A DNA stretch of 5,541 nucleotides from Octopus sinensis (GCF_006345805.1 NW_021830003.1:1-5541); one strand, 5' to 3'; positions 1 through 5,283 are shown, numbered from the stretch's first letter. Notes: a model not told the origin generated them from the sequence alone. Numbers and translations are program-made.

Positions 1-263
1 CATAAAGATAAAAGTTCAGTGAAAAGGAGAATACCTATGCTGAACTATTGAGCAATCTGCAGCTACTCTATCCAGATTGCAAGATCAGGTTTATAACTGC
101 AATTATTGAGGCACTGAGATATGTAACACATTGCGTAAATACCAATCTTGAGAAATTAGGCTTCTCAAAACCAGAAAGGAGAAGACTAATTCGAAGACTA
201 CAGCTCCAAGCCATCTCTAGAATTGCAAAACTTTGTAAAACTTTCTAGAAGTTTATCATTTAA
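1..263 (+). pseudogene. C-terminal remnant of the ORF of an RLE-type (R2-group; R4/Dong/Hero/NeSL-like) non-LTR retrotransposon, restriction-like endonuclease C-terminal region
   Basis: The frame of ORF 48..248 extends upstream to 12 and reads KFSEKENTYAELLSNLQLLYPDCKIRFITAIIEALRYVTHCVNTNLEKLGFSKPERRRLIRRLQLQAISRIAKLCKTF*KFII*. This fits the RLE C-terminal pattern: a KxxKY-like motif (EKENTY), then a hydrophobic strand plus IGALG, then LEKLG, then a terminal LQ...(G)T.KI helix. IIEALRY is one G>A change per codon from IIGALGY (GAG<GGG, AGA<GGA). Disabling lesions: in-frame TAA at 9-11 (probable frameshift near 11-17) and TAG at 246-248, which is probably a former CAG, with the likely true stop TAA at 261-263. 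Confidence 0.75.
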
Positions 264-340
264 GTATATATGAGCAGGTCTAGACATGCAACTATATGCA
301 TGGGAATATACACATGAAACAAAACACGCAAATTTGCACA

Positions 341-357
341 CATACCTACATACATAC
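341..357. repeat. (CATA)n microsatellite, left part
   Basis: catacctacatacatac, directly 5' of the SINE head. Confidence 0.8.
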
Positions 358-744
358 GTGGAGGCGCAATGGCCCAGTGGTTAGGGCAGCGGACTCGCGG
401 TCATAGGATCGCGGTTTCGATTCCCAGACCGGGCGTTGTGAGTGTTTATTGAGCGAAAACACCAAAAGCTCCACGAGGCTCCAGCAGGGGATGGTGGTGA
501 TCCCTGCTGTACTCTTTCACCACAACTTTCTCTCACTCTTACTTCCTGTTTCTGTTGTACCTGTATTTCAAAGGGCCGGCCTTGTCACTCTCTGTGTCAC
601 GCTGAATATCCCCGAGAACTACGTTAAGGGTACACGTGTCTGTGGAGTGCTCAGCCACTTACACGTTAATTTCACGAGCAGGCTGTTCCGTTGATTCGGA
701 TCAACCGGAATCCTCGTCGTCGTAACCGACGGAGTGCTTCCACC
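358..744 (+). mobile_element. Full-length tRNA-derived SINE (~387 bp; resembles octopus OR1)
   Basis: Pol III A box TGGCCCAGTGG (370-380) and B box GTTTCGATTCC (414-424) in a tRNA-like head. A tRNA-unrelated body with 3' stem-loops (686-710, 713-734) follows. ACATACATAC flanks both sides (348-357, 745-754). The family name is from memory of published octopus SINEs (length and head type). Confidence 0.9.
370..424 (+). promoter_or_regulatory. RNA polymerase III type-2 internal promoter (A box and B box) of the SINE
   Basis: TGGCCCAGTGG matches TRGCNNAGYGG. GTTTCGATTCC matches GGTTCGANNCC with one mismatch. The spacing is 33 nt. Confidence 0.85.
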
Positions 745-788
745 ACATACATACATACATACATACATGCATACATACATACATACAT
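745..788. repeat. (CATA)n microsatellite, right part
   Basis: About 11 CATA units with one CATG interruption. Confidence 0.95.
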
Positions 789-908
789 GATGGCCGTCCA
801 CTCGTGATCGTGGAAGACCATTGCTGACCATTAGGAACATTGTACGCTCTAGGACTAACTTATATTTTGCATTTGCGGCTTACATAATGGCCGTCCATTC
901 GATAAAAT

Positions 909-1305
909 AAATGTAAATAAACCCAATCTGTTTCTTAAACGAGGGACAAAATGTTTTCACCTCAATAGACGTCATTGATTGGTTGAAATTGCAGAAATTG
1001 AAGAAAAAAAACAACAAATGTCGTACAAACTATAGAATTTTCTCAATAAAATCAAGAGAAAAAGATGTTTTTATAAACACATTCTACCAGTATATGAAGT
1101 TTAAAAGTGTTTAGTTACGTGGAAATTATTAGGTTGTCCCAAAAGTTCGTAAACACTTGCGAAAATTGAATTTTTACTCGCCAAGTACTAACAAAAACAA
1201 CAAAAATTATTCCTCAAAATAAAGACCATTATTTTCCAAGACTTTCTACGAACTTTTGGGACAACCTTATATTAAAAAAAAACTGCCGGTCAAACCGAAA
1301 AGATC
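909..1305 (+). mobile_element. Truncated copy of the unclassified TIR element (same family as 1877-2295, opposite orientation), interrupted by a mariner MITE
   Basis: 909-1128 and 1272-1305 align to the reverse complement of 1879-2145 at about 95% by hand count (~11 substitutions in ~220 nt, one 1-nt and one 15-nt indel). It keeps one TIR (AAAAACTGCCGGTCAAACCGAAAAGATC, ending at 1305) and lacks the telomeric-repeat end. Confidence 0.9.
1129..1269. mobile_element. Tc1/mariner-type MITE, 141 bp, 23-bp TIRs, TA target-site duplication
   Basis: Left TIR TTAGGTTGTCCCAAAAGTTCGTA (1129-1151) and right TIR TACGAACTTTTGGGACAACCTTA (1247-1269) pair at 22/23. TA occurs at 1127-1128 and 1270-1271. The empty site GGAAATTA|TTTTTAAAAACTGCC is present in the second host copy (reverse complement of ~1897-1919). 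The TIR start matches the Hsmar1/Made1-type TTAGGTTGGTGCAAAAGT at 15/18. Confidence 0.95.
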
Positions 1306-1876
1306 ATCTATTCGTCTGTATTATCTGGTGCGTCATCTTTTAAGAGTTGCAGTGTGCTGAGGGTGGTTTAGCAGCTATTTCTAGAATACGCGTTCATTAA
1401 TCCCTCTTGTTTAGATATTATTCTTGTTTATGTGGGGTTTTTCTTTTTATCAATGTAAAATGAAAACCTTTCACCTGGAAACACCTCTTCATGGCACATA
1501 CATTATCGTGGGGTGAGGTTTTGGTGCGGTAAAATATTATATTCTCTCTTCAGGCATTTCTAGCTGCCAACAGCCTACATCAAAGATGTACATATCTGTG
1601 AAGTGTCGCCGTTCGTGTCGTCTGTGGTACAAGCATTGAAAATATGAAGTCGAAACGAAGAATTTCTAAGAATTCACCTTACGACATTAACACCACTATG
1701 ACGTCACAATAGACTTGCGTCATAATTTTGGTAAGACGTCGTTTTCTTTCTTTGTTTTCTTTTTCAAAAAAGTTCTAGTTTAAGGTAAAAAATTAATCGT
1801 TATATAAAATATTTTTTAAGTAAATTTTTAACATAATGCTCATTCGAACTCATTTAACATTTTCGTATTTGTTTGT

Positions 1877-2295
1877 CGGATCTTTTCCGTTTGAACGGCA
1901 GTTTTTAAAAATAATTTCCACGTAACTAAACACTTTTAAACTTCGTATACTGGTAGAATGTATTTATAAAAAATCTTTTTCTCTTGGCTTTATTGAGAAA
2001 ATTCTATAGTTTATAAGATATTTGTTGTTGTTTTTCTTCAATTTCTGCAATTTCAACCAATCACTGACGTCTTTTGAGGTGAAAACATTCTGTGCCGTAT
2101 GAAAATGTCCCTCGTTTAAGAAACAGATTGGGTTTATTTACATTTGTGAAGAAAAAAAGATACCCTTCCCCCTAATCCTAACCCTAACCCTAAAACAGAT
2201 TGAAATGCAATAGATCGATGCTAGGGTCATAATTATGGGTGACAATTTCATAAGACAGCGCTAGAAAAAACTGCCGTTCAAACCGAAAAGATCCG
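1877..2295 (-). mobile_element. Complete ~419-bp non-autonomous element with 30-bp TIRs and internal telomeric repeats; superfamily unassigned
   Basis: CGGATCTTTTCCGTTTGAACGGCAGTTTTT (1877-1906) and AAAAACTGCCGTTCAAACCGAAAAGATCCG (2266-2295) are inverted repeats matching at 29/30. A second copy lies at 909-1305. There is no coding capacity and no visible TSD. The strand is given relative to the first copy. Confidence 0.9.
2170..2193. repeat. Interstitial telomeric-type repeat (CCCTAA)4 with one TCCTAA variant, inside the TIR element
   Basis: ccctaa-tcctaa-ccctaa-ccctaa, which is (TTAGGG)n on the minus strand. Confidence 0.85.
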
Positions 2296-2865
2296 AACGC
2301 CGTACCCATGAGTACCAGGTTAAAATTCGCTAAATTTTTGTACTGGAGTTTTAATTAGTTAGTGAGAGTAGCAGAGCATTCTTGTAAATTGAATCAGCCG
2401 ATAGTAACCACGTCTTGTGTTTATATTAAGTTTTTATGAATAACATATGTATGTCATTCTGAAACTACAGATGCAAGTTTTTTGAAAATAGTCTTATATT
2501 TGAAAACTGTCTACAGGGTTAATGACTTGACAAAAAATTTATCGTGTCAACTAAACATATGTTGTACGTGTAACACCCGCCCAAACCACTAGCTCCTGTC
2601 TCTATTCTATTTTCGTCCAAATGTTGCGCTTTTATAATAACTATAAACGAGGACATGCTTTCTGTTATGTGAGAAACTATATACTGAAACAATCGTTCTT
2701 AGGCAACGACCGTCTATAAATAAATACTCGGGTTCCCACTGTTCGTTGAAGTCACGCGTGCAAACAATTTCTGTTTGTTGCATGTCATTTTCTTTAGCAT
2801 TCTTTGATATTAAACCCACCTGAAACCACCGCCCCTCGTTCTTTCTGTTTTAACCCTTTTGCTTT

Positions 2866-3162
2866 ACTCTCTTTTACTTGTTTCAGTCATTTGACTGCGG
2901 CCATGCTGGAGCACCGCCTTTAGTCGAGCAAATCGACCCCGGGACTTATTCTTTGTAAGCCCAGTACTTATTCTATCGGTTCTCTTTTGCCGAACCGCTA
3001 AGTGACGTGGACGTAAACACCCACATCAGTTGTCAAGCGATGTTGAGAGGAGGTGAAAACACAGGCACACACAGACACACACACACACCACACACACATA
3101 CATTATATATATATATATATATATATATTAATATATATATATATATATATATATAATTATAT
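2866..3162 (-). mobile_element. SINE 3' half (copy A; OK-like family): tail, body and internal (TA)n/(TG)n microsatellite
   Basis: 2866-2998 matches 3174-3309 with one substitution and one 3-nt indel. It continues with more divergence into a CA-then-TA array at the same position as in copy B. Confidence 0.9.
3059..3162. repeat. Compound (CA)n(TA)n microsatellite internal to SINE copy A
   Basis: Imperfect CA repeats at ~3059-3102, then TA repeats at ~3104-3162. Confidence 0.95.
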
Positions 3163-3378
3163 ACTCTCTTTTAACTCTCTTTTACTTGTTTCAGTCATTT
3201 GACTGCGGCGGCCATGCTGGAGCACCGCCTTTAGTCGAGCAAATCGACCCCGGGACTTATTCTTTATAAGCCCAGTACTTATTCTATCGGTTCTCTTTTG
3301 CCGAACCGCCAAGTGACGGGGACGTAAACACACCAGCATCGGTTGTCAAGCAATGCTAGGGGGACAAACACAGACACA

Positions 3379-3426
<48 letters not shown>

Positions 3427-3568
3427 CATATATACGACAGGCTTCTTTCAGTTTCCGTCTACCAAATCCACTCACAAGACACTTGCCCAAGATGCCACGC
3501 AGTGGGACTGAACCCGGAACCATGTGGTTGGTTAGCAAGCTACTTACCACACAGCCACTCCTGCGCCT
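3163..3568 (-). mobile_element. Near full-length tRNA-derived SINE (copy B; resembles octopus OK family)
   Basis: The minus-strand head AGGCGCAGGAGTGGCTGTGTGGTAAG has A box TGGCTGTGTGG (3557-3547) and B box GGTTCAGTCCC (3514-3504). A CORE-like CTTGGGCAAGTGTCTT follows, then an internal microsatellite (3367-3434), a 3' region with the CAGTC-AAAT-GACTG hairpin, and an (AAAAGAG(T))n tail. Confidence 0.9.
3367..3434. repeat. Compound (CA)n(TA)n microsatellite internal to SINE copy B
   Basis: A CA array to ~3416 followed by TA/TACA to 3434. Confidence 0.95.
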
Positions 3569-3808
3569 ACTCTGTGTTGCTTTCAATTAATTTTTAATAT
3601 AACAAAGTTATAACCCAGTTATCATTAAGCTAGTGTGAAGAACATAAATTGTGACTAACGTTTGGTGGAAGATTTTAATTCAGAACTTTTGAGAACAAAA
3701 CATTTGTACTACAGAGCCAGAAGCAGTTTCAGGCGGGTTGGTACCAAAAGTGCTTAAATGATATGAATTATATAACTTGCCATGAAAATTCCATATTAAT
3801 TGATGTTC

Positions 3809-3840
3809 CAAATCAAATCAAATCAATACATACATACATA
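3809..3840. repeat. (CAAAT)3 plus short (TACA)n array
   Basis: caaatcaaatcaaat-caa-tacatacatacata, abutting the tail of SINE copy C. Confidence 0.75.
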
Positions 3841-3964
3841 CTCTCTTTACTCCTTTACTCTTTTACTTGCTTCAGTCATTTGACTGCGGCCATGCTGGAG
3901 CACCGCCTTTAGTCGTGCAAATCGACCCCAGGACTTATTCTTTGTAAACCTAGTACTTATTCTA
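3841..3964 (-). mobile_element. 5'-truncated SINE 3' fragment (copy C; same family as A and B)
   Basis: Tail repeats followed by cttcagtcatttgactgcggccatgctggagcaccgcctttagtcg..., homologous to 2871-2975. Confidence 0.9.
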
Positions 3965-3972
3965 CTTATTCT

Positions 3973-4107
3973 CTTTTCTCTTTTACTCTTTTACTTGTTT
4001 CAGTCATTTGACTGCGGCCATGCTGGAGCACCGCCTTTAGTCGTGCAAATCGACCCCCAGGACTTATTATTTGTAAGCCTAGTACTTATTCTATCGGTCA
4101 CTTTTGC
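3973..4107 (-). mobile_element. 5'-truncated SINE 3' fragment (copy D), in tandem with copy C at a 128-bp period
   Basis: It matches copy C with 3 substitutions and one 1-nt indel over ~108 nt. It shares the GTCGTGC variant with C, whereas A and B have GTCGAGC. Confidence 0.9.
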
Positions 4108-4306
4108 TTCGTTACTATAGCAATAGTCCGGATATTTATCAATCGGACCTCGTATATATATTTTTTAAAATTTCAGTCCACAAGAATAATTTATTTGCTG
4201 TCAACTCCTTATTACTTACAACTATAATGCACGCCCCCGCCACCACATCAACTAACACCCTAACAGTATCATAAACACAGCAAACTATTACAGTTCTCAG
4301 TGTACG

Positions 4307-4480
4307 TATATATATATATATGTATGTATATATATATGTATATATATATATGTATGTATATATATATGTTATATATATATAATGTATGTAATATGTTATA
4401 TAATATGTATATATATGTATAATATTATATATGTATGTATATATATATGTAATATATATATATATGTATTATATATATAT

Positions 4481-4512
<32 letters not shown>

Positions 4513-4592
4513 GTTTAATATATAATATATATGTATATAATATATGTATGTATATATATATGTAATATGTATATATGTTATATGTTATAAAA

Positions 4593-4631
<39 letters not shown>

Positions 4632-4740
4632 CATATACATACATATATCACACCACACACACACACACACCAACATATATACTATATATATATCTATATA
4701 CATATATTGTTTTTGTGTGTGTATGTGCGCGTGTGTGCAC
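4307..4740. repeat. Long compound microsatellite (TA)n/(TATG)n/(TACA)n/(CA)n/(TG)n
   Basis: About 430 nt of mostly alternating purine-pyrimidine sequence. It accounts for the low-complexity I/Y/V/C/T/H ORFs in the track. Confidence 0.95.
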
Positions 4741-4813
4741 TCGCGACCATGTGTGTATGATTAGACGTCTATCATTTCATTGGCGTTTCTTTTTTGTGCA
4801 TTATTTCCCCCCC

Positions 4814-4866
4814 CCTGTCTTTCACCCTATCTTTTCCTCCTATCTTTTCCTCCTATCTTTCACCCT
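4814..4866. repeat. Short pyrimidine-rich minisatellite of four 12-13-nt units
   Basis: cctgtctttcac / cctatcttttcct / cctatcttttcct / cctatctttcac / cct, preceded by a C run (C9 at 4807-4815). Confidence 0.85.
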
Positions 4867-5283
4867 CAATTAACACTTGTCGCAACTTGTCATAACCGGA
4901 CACCCTGAATATCGACAGAAATTTTAACGTATAGTATTTTATTGTTACAAAGTATCCTATAAATGCTGATTAAGTCACGCTCATTAATTTTTCGTAATCA
5001 CGTCTTCCCTCAAATTATTATTTACATGTCGAAAATCACTGAATGTCTAAAAAAAATTCTGAAGTTTGGTATCTTATTGTTCATTAAATATATTAATAAA
5101 AGGGTAATTAAGCTTATATAATTACTCTTAATCACAGGTTCTTTCATTAGCTCATTAAATATTATTTATACTACACGTGTGGAATCCGCGAGTGTCTAAT
5201 TAACTCGGTTTTATTCATCTTAGTACTAATTTTTATGCGGTCCCTTCTGTTTTCATTATTTTGGTTATAGTTGATCTAGATGG

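Larger units (their letters stand above)
1..357 (+). mobile_element. 3' end of an RLE non-LTR retrotransposon (ORF end, ~80-nt 3' UTR, CATA-repeat tail or target); the 5' part lies outside the window
   Basis: The ORF remnant ends at 263. A short UTR (264-~340) then runs directly into CATACCTACATACATAC (341-357). Confidence 0.65.
2850..3757. mobile_element. Probable TTAA-flanked (piggyBac-like) MITE split into 2850-~2865 and ~3569-3757 by SINE insertions
   Basis: The left end is TTAA-CCCTTTTG (2850-2861). The right end reads TTAA-GCACTTTTGGTAC on the minus strand (TTAA at 3754-3757), a degenerate inverted match. TACTCT flanks the intervening SINE block (2865-2870, 3568-3573). 3571-3757 resembles an octopus TTAACCCTTTCGTTACC-type repeat as I recall it (not verified). 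Confidence 0.5.

Noticed and set aside
358-436. tRNA gene (also considered for 5284-5360 and 3490-3568)
   Set aside because: A and B boxes are present, but the acceptor and anticodon stems do not pair properly, there is no oligo-T terminator, and each head continues into a SINE body.
442-840. ORFs 442..627, 449..694 and 619..840 as protein-coding genes
   Set aside because: They lie within the SINE and its CATA array (CMYV repeats), overlap one another, and show no domain similarity.
2170-2193. True telomere or chromosome-fusion scar
   Set aside because: Only four units, in one orientation, inside a dispersed TIR element.
2814-2825. Minus-strand TTTCAG|GTGGGT as a splice acceptor opening ORF 2607..2819
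   Set aside because: The upstream sequence is G-rich with no pyrimidine tract, and the site reads equally well as a donor; it is uninformative without RNA data.
3157-3597. ORFs 3157..3339, 3343..3597 and 3356..3586 as genes
   Set aside because: They lie almost entirely inside SINE copy B and its microsatellite (THTH/VCVC/YIYI runs).
2866-4107. CRISPR-like array from four repeated ~110-130-nt units
   Set aside because: The units are SINE 3' ends with irregular spacing in a eukaryotic context, and there are no cas genes.
4117-4139. Small hairpin GTCCG-GAT...ATC-AAT-CGGAC near 4127-4149, and TTCGTTAC at 4108-4115 resembling a TTAA-MITE end
   Set aside because: The stem is weak and bulged, and the TIR-like word lacks the TTAACCC terminus and a partner.
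4469-4873. ORFs 4469..4666, 4544..4873 and 4575..4760 as genes
   Set aside because: They are translations of dinucleotide repeats, which are stop-poor by composition.
4896-4907. CCGGACACCCTG as a Tc1/mariner right terminus
   Set aside because: It is followed by AA rather than TA, and I found no partner inverted end in the window.
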